Shown here: one piece after another, positions 36,225-48,650 of the stretch
How the letters are laid out: every line of letters begins with the position of its first letter
How positions within the stretch are numbered: position 1 is the stretch's first letter
NCBI RefSeq assembly: GCF_006345805.1
Contig: NC_043018.1
Coordinates: forward strand, 11,222,001 to 11,286,000
DNA length: 64,000 nt
From: Octopus sinensis
Lineage: Eukaryota
Direction: 5' to 3'
Position numbers and translations under genes: made by a program
Notes under the pieces: model-generated
Told to the model about the DNA's origin: nothing
Databases searched by the model: none
What the model saw: the letters and a program-made list of their open reading frames with translations, nothing else

Positions 36225-37308
36225 CCCTTTCGTTACTATATTTCTGACCAAAATACACCCCTTATGTGTTTCAATTAATTTCTAACATAATCATAAATTT
36301 AGTCTGGTTTCATTAAACTATAACTTTTTTATTTATCAATATATTAATGTGATTTTTGGAAGATAATTTAATGAAATGTTCTCAACCAATTCTATACTAT
36401 AATTTTTGTCACAAAGTGACTCTAATTGCAGGTAGATACAGGTAAATTCAACAAAATATAAAATTATTAAAATTTTGTTCAAACATCGCTATAGAAAATG
36501 GGTTATTAGCAAATATTCAATTGGGTATACAACAAAATTTTACGATAGAATTTGTTATTCTGGGTAACTTTCTGATACCCATAATAATATTTATGGCAAA
36601 ACAGTCTTAATTACATTTAAGGTTGTGGGAAACCACTAACTATCTTTTCTTTCGCTTTGTTTACATTTAGTGTAACGGTTCGTTTCTGCCGTAATGATTT
36701 CAAATAGGCTCATTCAAAAAAGTAAAAAGAAATAGTCTAAGGCTTTACTCTCCTGAGAAAGTCTGTGGCTTGGTCCAGTTTCTTCAGAAAAATCACCGAA
36801 AGAAACAGTTTTTAAATTTTCACTCCATTCAGGTGCCAATTCATTTTCTTTATCGCTGTCGGAGCTCTCGGATTCACTGTTTTCACTTTCGGAAAATGAA
36901 ACATCAGATTCATTATCAAATACCACGTGCTTTTTTTTTTCAGTCATAGAGTTAGATTTATGAAGGTCTTCAGTAGAAAATCCTTCAAATTCTGACTCGC
37001 TGCTTGATATAATGAAATTCGTATCCATTTTTTGTCAGAATTACAAATTTTGAAAACTCAATAGGAACAAATTTCGGAAAAAAATCTCCCAAAATTCATG
37101 GAATTAAAATTACACTTTGATTGTTGTACAAAACTGTAGATGAACTGTTTACGAAGTATAATAACGTGTTTTCACGAATGTACTAAAGAGATTTGCTCTG
37201 ATATTCTCATTTAAATATGAATAGGTAAATATGGGCGGGTTTGGGCGGTTTGGTCACATTAACCAAAATTTTTTTCAGGCGGCTTTGGGCAGTTTGGTAA
37301 CGAAAGGG
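36225..37308 (-). mobile_element. Internally deleted piggyBac element retaining the acidic transposase N-terminus
   Basis: TTAA|ccctttcgttac ... gtaacgaaaggg|TTAA; ORF 36714-37028 SSSESEFEGFS...EWSENL...FSEETGP...ALDYFFLLF resembles PGBD-type N-termini. Confidence 0.88.
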
Positions 37309-37407
37309 TTAAGGATGATGGCCACTTCCGTTGATTTCAACATATGAGTTTTTGAAGGGAAAAATTTAATAAGATAAAGATTACCACCTGAATAATAATA
37401 ATAATAA

Positions 37408-37840
37408 CCACAGATTTGCTTGTCAGTTGTTTGACCATAACCAGTTGAGCATGTACCTTAGTGGCTGACGATATGTGCATCTCTGATCACAAGCAGAAGT
37501 AGTGGGGGAAGCATCATAGCCATGTGTTGAAAGGAATTCTTTGGGGTTTGGATAATTCACCTTTGGAAACATGGGTAGTTTGTTCAACATCCTTAAACAG
37601 TCCTTATTCAGGGACCTTTTGAGCAGGATGGGCTACTTGACCAGAAGAAAATTCTAACTGGGCCCCACCTGCAAGGCCATGCGCTGTTTATCTTGATGTG
37701 AGATCACCATGTCTCACACACATGGTTGTCATGCATGTGCCTGGTGTACCCTTATCAGACAGATAGTCACGATGGGTATACTGTGTTTTGTATATTTTAC
37801 CCCAGTGTCATTTTGATGGCATGCACTGCTCTCTCACTCA
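37408..37840 (+). mobile_element. Short interspersed element flanked on both sides by (AAT)n; no clear tRNA head
   Basis: (AAT)n at 37391-37407 and 37840-37857; 3' part homologous to 39762-39930 and 39959-40085 (reverse strand). Confidence 0.75.
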
Positions 37841-38593
37841 ATAATAATAATAATAATCCTTATAGGTACAAGGTCTGAAATTTGGTGGAGAGGGGGATAG
37901 TTGATTACATCAACTCCAGTACTCAACTGGTACTTATTTTATCAACCCTGAGAGGATGAAAAGCAAAGTCGATCCTGACAGAATTTTAATACAGAACATA
38001 TAGACATGAAATACCACTAAGCATTTTGCCTGGCATGCTAACAATTTTGCAGGCTTAATAATGATAATAATAATAATAATAATAATGATTTCAAATTATG
38101 GCACAAGACCAGCAAGTTCGAGGTGGGGGAGTAAGTTGATTATATCGACCTTAGTATCCAACTGGTACTTATTTTATTGACCCCGAAAGGATGAAAGGCT
38201 AAGTTGATGTCATTGACTTGCAAGTGGGTCATCGTCTGTTTTAGACAGGCAGCTTCTCTTTTCTGTACAGAGAATATAACGTTTATATTTTACCAACAAA
38301 CTCTATTTTATATTAATAAGAATTTCTATTTTTATTTTCTTTCATTTTTAAATATTTGTATCAATTAAGCTCCATGATCTTTAGGTATTTTAATGCGTGG
38401 TTTCCTCAAAAAACAAAAATTAAAAGAAAAAAAATAACCTAAACAAATAAAATAAATAAGTAAATAAATAAATAAAAAAAGGCATTTGGATATATTCCTA
38501 ATACTGAAGCAATATCTATTTCACTGTTTGTATATTTAGAGCTGATATATAACCATGAATTCGTATATTTAGCCTTTGATTTTATTTCCCTTC

Positions 38594-38629
<36 letters not shown>

Positions 38630-38670
38630 CATTATTATTATTATTATTATTATCATTATTATTATTATTA

Positions 38671-38735
<65 letters not shown>
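38594..38735. repeat. (ATT)n microsatellite with periodic ATC interruptions
   Basis: Directly visible. Confidence 0.97.
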
Positions 38736-39761
38736 TGTAATGAATTATGCAATGCTCTGTGTCTTTGTTACACTCCATGCAGGCTTGCCAGTTCATTAAC
38801 CACCTTGAACTAGTGAAGTGTTGCTATTGTTAAACATCTTACTCTCCACTCAAAGAGAACTGTGTCTAGTGTTATGAATTATGAACTTGTGGTTTGTTTA
38901 TGGCAGATTTCTCCTCCCACCAACCCCATTGCTTTATGCATGCTGTACAGTGTTCTGAGTTCTGCTGTTATGGCTGCTTAAAAAGAGGGGAAAAAATGTA
39001 TCATTTTATACTGATATGCATGTGAAAGACATTGCTTGGACTTTTGAAGGAGTTCTTTGGCTAGTTTTGATTCCCAGTCAAAGCCGGTGTCTTTAGAGGG
39101 AGCATAAATGTTGCAGATATCATTTAGATTTCCTAAAGGATTTTTACCGTTGTATTTAAGGAAGATATCGATAAGCCATTCCCAGTGAGAGGACCTGCAG
39201 GCAATTGCTCAAGACATAACAAAATCACACCGCCTCCTCCTCATCATCATCATCATTGTTTTAACATCTATGATGTGGATGAATGTAGACAGCTCCATAA
39301 AAAAGTGCTGATCACTCAAAGTGGATGGCATTCATGATAGAGGGAGACTCAGGAAGACATGGCATGAAGTACTGGAAGATGACCTCAGGACACTGAACCT
39401 TACAGCAGAGGTGAGAAAGGACTGAAATATTTGGCACCTTGCCATACTCAAGAATACCCATCCTCCACAGCATCAGTATTAATGCTGTTTCCCCTGCTGA
39501 AGAGGATTGGCCTGCAAGGGCCCTGTGCTAGTGCCACGTAAAAAGCACCCATGCCAGTGTCACGTAAAAGCATCCATGCCATTACCACATACAAGGCACC
39601 CAGCACAAAGTGGTTGGTATTAAGAAGGGCATCTAGCCATAGAAACCAAGCCAAATCAGACTGGAGCCTGGTGCAGCTCTCTAGCAGGCCAGCTTCTGTC
39701 AAACCATCCAGCCCATGGAAAGCAGATGTTAAAGGATGATGGTGATAATGATGATTATTAT

Positions 39762-40123
39762 GTGAGAGAACAGTGCATGCCATCAAAGTAACACTGGGAT
39801 AAAATATACGAAGCCCAGCATACCCATCATGACCACCCGTCTGATAAGGGTACACCAGGCACATGCATCACAACCATATGTGCACAACATGGTGATCTCA
39901 TTTCAAGATAGACAGCACATGACCTTGCAGCAGTATTATTATTATTATTATTATTATTGAGAGAGCAGTGTATGCCATCAAAGTGACACTGGGGTAAAAT
40001 ATATGAAGCTCAGTATACCCATCATGACTACTCGTCTGATAAGGGTACATCAGGCATGTGTATCACAACCATATGTGCACGATAAAACAATTTACATGAT
40101 AACACTTCCAATCAGTTAAGATC
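39762..40123 (-). mobile_element. Two tandem partial copies of the (AAT)n-flanked short element
   Basis: gagagcagtg(c/t)atgccatcaaagt...gataagggtaca...caaccatatgtgcac occurs twice, each preceded by (ATT)n. Confidence 0.75.
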
Positions 40124-40153
40124 AAATTATTATTATTATTATTATTATTTATT

Positions 40154-41080
40154 GTCTTTGCACAGCTCCTAATGCTGGAGATGTACTATGGTGCCAGCTG
40201 TTCACTACCAGTGAACTAAGGTAACACTCTTTGTTTTTTGAGCACCATCCTGAGTGTTTGAGCGGTTCCAAGCAGTGCTGTTTTCTGCAAGTGCTCCACC
40301 CTTATTGTAGCCCCTATTTGTTGCATGTACTCCTCAAGATTTTTATTCATTGTTCCCAGGGCTCCAACAATTATTGGTACCACTGCCGCCTTTTTGATCG
40401 ACCACAACTGCTTAACCTCCTAAGCTAACCTGTCATATCTATCGACTTTTCTTTCTTCCTTATCACATACCTCATTGTCAGCTGGGTGTGCTATATCTAT
40501 GATCCAGTAACATTTGCTTTTTCTCAGTTAACACTATGTATGATTTCCTATTCTCTATCTCATGGTTGCACTGAATCATAAAATCCCATATGATCTTTAC
40601 ATTATTATTTTTGATTTTGCCTTTGGGTTTATATTTATATAGTTTTTGCTCTGTCAAGTTCAGACTTGTTGCAAAGCGTCCAATGGACAATTCTTGCTAT
40701 ATTGTCATGACATTTCTTATATTCTTTCTGGGCTAGTGGTGTACATTGACTGGTAAAATGCCATATGCTTTCACCATTTTGTCCACAAATTCTGCACTTA
40801 CCACTTTTTCTAATGTGTTTATTCTGTATTTAGTGTAATTGGTTCTTAATGCTTGCTCTTTGGCAGCACAAATTAGAGCCTCCATTGCCAGTTTCAAATC
40901 ACTTTTAGTCATCCACAGCCATCTTTTTTCTCTGTCTGTCTTATCTTCAACATCCCTATGAAATTGTTCATGCATTCTTCTCTTTATCCACCTATTTTCA
41001 TTTTCATCCATTCTCAAGTGCTTGTACAGTGCTTTATCTTTGCAATGGTGATGACAAATTGTCAGGTTGGACCACTGATG
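40154..41080 (-). mobile_element. 5'-truncated R4/Dong-clade LINE (RLE-type), degenerate, ending in (TAA)n
   Basis: MHEQFHRD...WLWMTKSDLK...EALICAAKEQALRTNY; NVKIIWDFMIQCNHEIENRKSYIV; VPIIVGALGTM...IRVEHLQKTALLGTAQTLRMVL - the C-terminal RLE region of R4/Dong proteins. Confidence 0.85.
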
Positions 41081-43097
41081 TAAACCTGGGGTGGATGGGT
41101 GAATCTTTCTTGGTAACTTTACATTTGAACTAAAGATTTAGCCATACTAATTGTGCTTATAAGACCAAAATACAAAAATAAAATAAATAAATGATTAGAA
41201 TTTTTAATTAAAGCTTTTGGCTTAATTAGGTTTGACTGTTTTCATTGGTAGTTTATTAGATTTCAAATTCCATGTGACATCTGTAAAGGTTTTTGGTACA
41301 ATACCACAACTTACTCAACAACTTAGTTATTCCGAACTTTTTTATTGATTTTCTTGTTTTATGTTTTTTTTTGTCTTGTAACTATGTAAAAAATTGATAA
41401 GGTTACAAATCATATCCAACCACACAGCCAGTTACAGAAGATATGGAATGTAGTTTCATCGGAGGTATTGATTTTTCGGTTAGGGAATGTGAGCAAGTTG
41501 AAAATAATTAAGGGTATGAGGAGAGCAGGCTGCATATCCTGTCCTTTGTGAGTTGGCAAAAGAAACCAAAATTATAAAAGAACAATTGCAAAAAAATAAG
41601 ACCAAAAGGAAACTGCTTTTTGATTTCATTTGAAGGATAACCTTGTAGTTTCTTACCAATTATTTCATTGTTTATACCATAGCAAAATATAGAAATATTA
41701 AAGTTATTACCCTTTAGCTGACTCTTTGATTCTTGTGTTTGAGTAAATAAAATTGTGTGGACTGTTTTTATGTCTGTTTTGAACTGGGTTAAATCTTGAA
41801 ATCTCTTGCAGTGTGAGGCTTAGTGGGGGGGGGGTCTGAGAAATAGTAAATGCATATTAAGTTCATATAATTAATCAAATGGATTCTGGGGGTACTACCT
41901 GAATATTCTTCATAAGTCCTGAGAGAGGCCACCTAACTGATGGGTATAAAATCATTCACAAGCAGTTTCTGTCCCACAGATGTGCTGTGTGTCCTCTCTT
42001 TGCCTTTTCTACTACTACTACAATGCTTTCTGCTCTCCAGAGCTTGCCAATTTTGTGTCACTTCCATTGAGGCATTCTTGCTTTACTCATCCTGCCAAAG
42101 TTATCTTTGCTTTCCATTCTTTTGGGATCAATAAAATAAAGTACCAGTGAAATACTTAGTCCTTTCTCTAGTAACATTGTGTCATTTTCGATGGTTGTGC
42201 AGTGCACACCTTGCACACTTGGAATATATGTCCCTGGAGAAAACCCTAAACGAAACAGTGTCATGTGGCAAATTGACACCCCCAACATCCTTTTTCTGCT
42301 AGCCACTGTAGGGATTGTTGCTCACACTGGTCTTATTCCGTTCTTGTTGGTAAGAAACAGTTGCAGCTTATCAAGAGGGCTGCTAGCAATGCTTAAAAGA
42401 AATCTGTTGTAACTAAGGCACCTCTGATGACTGGTGAGTGATGGCTGAATAACCATGATTAAAAGCAGGAGTGAGTCCCTGGAGAAAAGGGTTTAGCCCA
42501 CAGCCTTCATAGGGCCTATCAAAATGGATGAGGTTAATGGTTTTCTTAAACACCTATTTAGTTGATAACTTCTTGGGAAACATGTGCAAGTAGGGTGGGC
42601 ATTTCCAGCAGAATGATGTACTGGAGAGGAAGGCAGGCTTGGGGGAGTAGTGAGTATGGAGCGTCATGGTGGGATGGGAGGGCAAAGAGTAAAGGTAATA
42701 AAAAAGGGATCTAATGAAGTTGATTTGTTTTACTCTGCTCCTTTCTTACACTTTCCTTTTCTGTTTAATTAACAAACTAATTAATCATTTCTCCTATCAT
42801 TACATACAGCAATGAGCTGGTGTTTTTATATTTTTTTAAATTATATTAAAGTGTACTGGTCCATTGGATAGCACAGTTGCACAAATCAATAAAGGTACCA
42901 AACTATCAATTCAGTGATTAATATACTAATGAATTCTTGAAAATTTTTTTAATTAACATAATTGTAATTTCTTTAAGTTGACATTTAACTCCTTTATAAT
43001 CATATTTCTATTGAAAAACACTATCTTTGTTTTAGAATTTAAATTGACATGAAATTTTGATCGAAGGTTTTAATTTACATTACTTTAAGATCTTTAA

Positions 43098-43304
43098 CCT
43101 TAAGCATTTAATCCAGCCATATCTACCTGTTTTATGTTAAAACTGACCAGATCCAACCTCTCACACCTACCCTACAATGTCATTCTAAAAATATACAAAC
43201 ACACCATTGAAATTTTGAAGCTACAAAATAATGCATGATTAATTCAAAACAAAATGTGAATAAATAAACAATATATTTGACAAAGAAATTTGAATTCTAA
43301 AAGG
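43098..43304. mobile_element. piggyBac-type MITE, copy 4
   Basis: TTAA flanks; homologous to 17054-17274. Confidence 0.75.
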
Positions 43305-43644
43305 TTAAAGTTTGAATCATAGAACTAGAAGCACTCTTGCATAGGTTGGTGTTAAAATGGTTAAAGAAAATAAACTTATTTTATAAAAAAACATGTTCAG
43401 GTTATAGTGTGCTGTCCATGCTAGTTCTATTTCATAGTACTGAAATTAGGTGTTGTCATTGTTACTATGTTGTTCTAGTTATCTTTGATAAAGTATGTCA
43501 GTTATTGTCGTTTGGACCAATTTCAACCCTAGTTAAGCCGGCCTGTAAATCCAAACCATTTCAACCAAGACCAAGCCATTTTTTGCCCAACAGTTTTGTA
43601 TATTGCTGCCAGCATTATATATAGTTGTAGGTAGGTGCTATATG

Positions 43645-43965
43645 GAAGTGCATTGGTAGTGGTTAGAGTGTTCAGCTCATGATCATAAGGTCGTGAATTC
43701 AATTCATGACAGTATGTTGTGTCCTCGAGCAGGACACTTTATTTCCTGTGGCTCCAGTCCACTCAACTGGCAAAATTGAGTTGTGCCTGTATTTCAAAGG
43801 GCCAACCTTGTCACAATTGGGGTGTCACACTGAATTTCCCTAAATACTATAAGGGTACTCATGTCTGTGGATTGCTCAGCCACTTGCATGTTAATTTCAC
43901 GAGCAGGCTGTTTTGTTGATCTGATTAACTGGAATCCTCGTCATCATAACGAATGGAGTGCCAGT
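43645..43965 (+). mobile_element. tRNA-derived SINE, second family
   Basis: Homologous to 7070-7408 over its full length. Confidence 0.8.
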
Positions 43966-44631
43966 CTTTTATTGGCAGATACCGTTGGCATATAGTACCA
44001 CATAATAAGAAGTACAAACCTCTGTAGACTGCTGTGGTAGTGATGTAAAATTAATAAGAGTTTCGTTAGCATGCTCTGTTGGTGTTGGCCTTTTTAAAGT
44101 TTGGAAGAATAGCTTTTTGAGTATTAGGCTTGTCTGAACCAACAGGCTCTAGGTTTATGTGAAGTCTTCAATGGTACCCTTAAAACTCAAGGTTTATGAA
44201 ACCTTTCCCTTGCCATGGACACACACACCCTTGTATAAAAAATAAAAATAGTGGAATGCTTTTGATTATATGGCTGCAGGTCCAGGGTTGATCTGGGATT
44301 ATTTAACAATAACAATTTCTAAGTAGTAATATATAAACTACCATTTTGAAATATTGAATTCCATAAATAGTGTTTTGATTTGAATTATAATGTCCTGTGC
44401 ATGTTTTAGTTTCTGTTTTATGAAGACAGAATGTTGTCTTGTTAGAAAACTGACACCCAAAGACTTAATCATCACATCTTTTGTATGAGTCTTTATAGTT
44501 ATTATGAATTCCATAAATGACATCACCATTTAATTTTTTCTTTCTGTCTCTTACCAGTAAAATTCTTAACTGACAGTCATTTTTTTCTTTCACATTTACC
44601 ATTTCTTTTTTCCCCATTAGGCCTTGAAGAG

Positions 44632-44721
44632 ATGGGTTATGAAGTTGTCAGATTTCAGGGGGATGTTGATGAAGAATTGATTTGTGCTATTTGCAGTGGA
44701 GTCCTTGAGGATCCACTCCAG
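44632..44721 (+). CDS. RNF41: E3 ubiquitin-protein ligase NRDP1/RNF41, first coding exon (exon 44621-44721; start of the RING finger)
   Basis: MGYEVVRFQGDVDEELICAICSGVLEDPLQ versus human RNF41 as recalled, MGYDVTRFQGDVDEDLICPICSGVLEEPVQ; acceptor tttcttttttccccattag|, phase-0 donor CAG|gtaagt; too short for the ORF track. Confidence 0.93.
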
Positions 44722-45269
44722 GTAAGTTAATTAACCAAAAATATTCAGTTTGTCCCTCATTCCACTGAATGGCTCATCCATTCTCATTACACTTTTGTTG
44801 TTTCAGAATATTTTCTTTTATTGAACGTTGTTTTTTTTTTATCATGTTCCCATATTTATATCACTCATCATCATAATTTAAAATCCACTTTTCCATGCTG
44901 GCATGGGTTGGACAGAGTTTGTTGCCAGAGATTTTCTATGTCCAGATGTCCTTTCTGTTGCCAACCCTAACGTATTTCTAAGTTAATGCTTCCCTATACC
45001 AAGGTATGTTCCTCAAGAAAGACTGGAAACGAACAGCCTCACCTGTATGACAATGATGATCGTTTACAACCATCACGTGATGTCTAGACAAAAGCACACA
45101 CACACATACTCACCACTTCTTTATGTTTCCGTCTACCAAATCTATTTATAAGAGTTTCATCAGCCTGGGCCTAAGGTGCGCATGGTTAGGAAGCAACATT
45201 TTAAACTACACACCAATACCTACACTTTCATCATCTCTCTACACACATAACACTTTTTGTACATGTCAT

Positions 45270-45540
45270 GGTGAAAACATGGCTCAGTGGTTAGAGTGTT
45301 GAGTTCACAATGATGAGGTAGTGAATTCAATTCTCGGACGGGGTTGTGTACTGCGTTCTTGAGCAAGATACTTTATTTCACATTGCTCCAGTTCACTCAT
45401 CTCTAGAAATGAGTTGCAGCATCACTGATGCCAAGCTGTGTCAGCCTTTGCCTTTCCTTTGGATAACATCAGTGGCATGCAGAGTGGAGGCTGGTATGCA
45501 TGGTTGACTGTGTTGGTCTTCCATAAACAACTTTGCTTGG
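45270..45540 (+). mobile_element. tRNA-derived SINE abutting the CR1-like insertion
   Basis: tggctcagtggttagagtg head, gtgaattcaattctc B box, cttgagcaagatacttt CORE-like block. Confidence 0.75.
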
Positions 45541-45544
45541 ACCT

Positions 45545-46675
45545 AAAGCTTTTGACTCGGTAAACCACCGCCTATTACTTGTCAAGCTTCAAGCATATAG
45601 TTTCCATCCGGATATTGTACGATGGGTTGGTGCCTTCCTCTCAGATCTGTCCTTCCAAGTCCAAGTTAATGGTTCGCGGTCCGACGTCTCCAGCGCGAGC
45701 AGTGGCGTGCCTCAAGGTTCAGTGCTTGGGCCCTTGTTGTTCTTAGTCTTCATAAATGACTTGCCCGACGACCTCACGCAACACACCCTTCTATTTGCCG
45801 ACGATATCAAACTGGTCGCTCCTCGCGGTAATATAGAGGATCTTCGTCGATGCCTCCACCAAATTTGGAAGTGGTCTAATGATTGGGACCTGTGTCTGAA
45901 CGTGTCAAAGTGCTGTCATCTGCCTGTCGGCTCTACTCCTGCAACTCAACTTGATTTTGAGCCGGGTCGTCTGCTGCTGGAGAGGACCGATCAGGTAAAG
46001 GACCTAGGTATCTTGGTGGATTCCTCCTTTTCGCCTTCGGCCCAGTGCGTCCATGCTGCCAACAAAGCACGCGGAATTCTGTTCTTGATTCGACGGTCAT
46101 TCGGAATGCTCACGGCAGCCATATTCCTACCACTCTATGTCACGCTGGTGAGACCCATATTGGAGTATGGGATTCAAGCCTCTTCTCCTTATCTCCTCAA
46201 AGACATACAGCATCTCGAAAGAGTCCAGAAGCTGGCTACCCGCATGGTTCATGGTCTCAAAAATTTGTCCTACGAAGAAAGGCTGAGGACGCTCGACCTT
46301 TATTCTCTTGAAAAACGCCGCCGCCGTGGTGATCTCATTCTCGCCCACAACATCATAAGCGGAAAGTGTAACCTCTCGAAAGAGCTGTTCTTCACTCCTG
46401 CACCAGAGCGTCGGCTGCGGGGTCATTCCGAAAAGCTCTACCTGCGACGATTTCATCTCAATCAAAGGAGAGGAGCTTTCTCCGTCCGGGTTGCGGATCC
46501 GTGGAACAAGCTGCCAGACGAGATGGCGAAGATGCCGACGACCGCTTTGTTCAAAGCCTCCCTGGACCTCAAGTGGCCTGAACTCTTTACATGAACACCA
46601 CCCTGTACTTAACTCCATGTCCCCCTACATGGCCTTGCTATTTGCTTTTGAGCCAAATTAACTAACTAACTAATT
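45545..46675 (+). mobile_element. 5'-truncated CR1-like LINE with an open RT C-terminal frame and an (AACT)n tail
   Basis: ORF 45533-46594: KAFDSV...SGVPQGSVLGPLLFLVFINDL...LFADDIKL...KDLGILVD...LVRPILEY...LERVQKLATR...RRRRGDLI...FSVRVADPWNKLP; tail aactaactaactaa. Confidence 0.93.
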
Positions 46676-47597
46676 AACATGTTAACATTTACCCTTTTTA
46701 CTCATCATTATATATACTGCATTATTAGTCTGTATACACTTTACTTAGCCTTTTAAAACATTTAAAAAAATTATTGTTAGCTCAACGTTTTTAATGAGAA
46801 AATGTTGAGTTTGACGAAATTTGTTTCTATTTAGAGTAGAAAGACTAAAACTAATTTTGATTGTCTTCTGATTAGGCTCAAAGCTAATTTTTGTAAAGAG
46901 TTGAAATTGTTATCTGGAAACGCTGTATGTATATAAAGCAAGTGTTTAAGGGAAAGAGCAAAGCTGACTGTCCTAGGCAGTAAACTAAAACAAAGCCAAA
47001 ATTACGTTTGTGAAATTTAAATTGGAACTCGGAGAGTGGCAGCTAAATCCAGTCAAAACATTTAGTCCAACAGTCTTTTGAATGACCTTGAAAAAAAAAT
47101 GCTTATTTCTTATCTAAGACACAGCAAATTTGTGACGCCAAGAGAAACATTGTTGATCCTTAATTTATCAACGCTCTAGAAGAAGAAGAAGAATTAAGTT
47201 AGCCTTGCTGTGATTTAAGTTTTGAAAGATGGACGAAATCGAACACAGTAAATATATTGAATGTGGCCAAGCTCTGTCTCTGTATATCTATGATGAAAGT
47301 GGATAAATATATATGTAAATAGAAACCAAATATGCCTGCAAAAAGTTAGAACTGGCGATAGTGTGTGCAAGGTTCAGGGGAGGTAATTCAAGTTGACTCT
47401 AGTGAAGCTTTCTTGGCCTGCGCTACAGCCTCAACTTTATTAAAGTCATCTTTCTCCCGTTATATATATGTGTGTGTGTATATATATATATAATATATAT
47501 ATATATATATGTAGTAAAGTTTCTTTGTTTATTGTATAGGTTAGTAGTTTGAAGTGCTCAGATAAAAAACCCGAGGCACAAAGGTATAAAAAATGTA

Positions 47598-48065
47598 AAG
47601 GAGAATTTCAGACAAGCTCAACAATTTAAATAAGCATATATGCTGCCATGGATCGATGTATATCAGTTTTTAAATATACCAAGGTATCAGTCATTAAAAT
47701 ATTAAGACATATTCAAAAGCATAAATTTTTAAAAATTAAATATGCATATATAAATAGATGAGTGAAGTTAGGTTGTAAAAGTATGGATGTATAAAAATAT
47801 ATTTAGAATTTCAGACGTATTAAACGCCTTTTAATATGACTGAAATTCTAAATATATTTTTATACATCTATACTTTTACAACCTAACTTCACTCATCTAT
47901 TTATATATGTATATTTAATTTTTATATATTTATGCTTTCATAGATTTTTAATATGTCTTAATATTTTAATGACTGATACATTCGTATATTTAAAAACTGA
48001 TACACATCGATCCATGGCAGAATATAGGCTTATTTAAATTGTTGAGCCTGTCTGAAATTCTCCTT
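47598..48065. repeat. ~470-bp near-perfect fold-back (long inverted repeat with a 7-nt loop)
   Basis: Left arm aaggagaatttcagac...tcagacgtattaa (47598-47823) pairs with right arm ttaatatgactga...gtctgaaattctcctt (47831-48065), with scattered mismatches. Confidence 0.93.
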
Positions 48066-48066
48066 A

Positions 48067-48100
<34 letters not shown>

Positions 48101-48204
48101 GTATACATACATATACACACACACACACACACACACATACATACATGAAATTAATCTGTGTAAAAATCAATAAGAAGAGTACTCCATCTAATGAGAGTCT
48201 AATC

Positions 48205-48505
48205 ATCATTATCGTTTAACGTCTGCTTTCCATGCTAGCATGGGTTGGACGATTTGACTGGCGAACCAGATGGCTGCACCAGGCTCCAATCTGATCTGGC
48301 AGTTTCTACAACTGGATGCCCTTCCTAATGCCAACCACTCCAAGAGTGTAGTGGGTGCTTTTACGTGCCACCGGCACAAGGGCCAGTCAGACAGTACTGG
48401 CAACAGCTACGCTCAACTGGTGTTTTTTACGTGTCACCTGCACAGGAGCCAGTCCAGCGGCACTGGCAATGACCTCGCCCAAAATGTCTTTTCAAGTGCC
48501 AGTAG
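48205..48505 (-). mobile_element. RTE 3'-UTR/tail fragment
   Basis: Reverse-complement match to 23030-23281. Confidence 0.85.
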
Positions 48506-48650
48506 CAATTTATATAATTTTTCTTTTTGGTTTTTTTATTATCCATTTACCCATCTTGGTGGAATCTTCCATTAGGTACATTTTGCTTTCGAATCACTTC
48601 ACACCTGTCCTCTATTTAAATGTATACCTCTTGGTTGCATAGTTCAATCA

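Noticed and set aside
46127-46618. 163-aa antisense ORF over the CR1-like element (and the alternate-frame ORF 46045-46311)
   Set aside because: Shadow of the GC-rich RT frame; no recognisable domain
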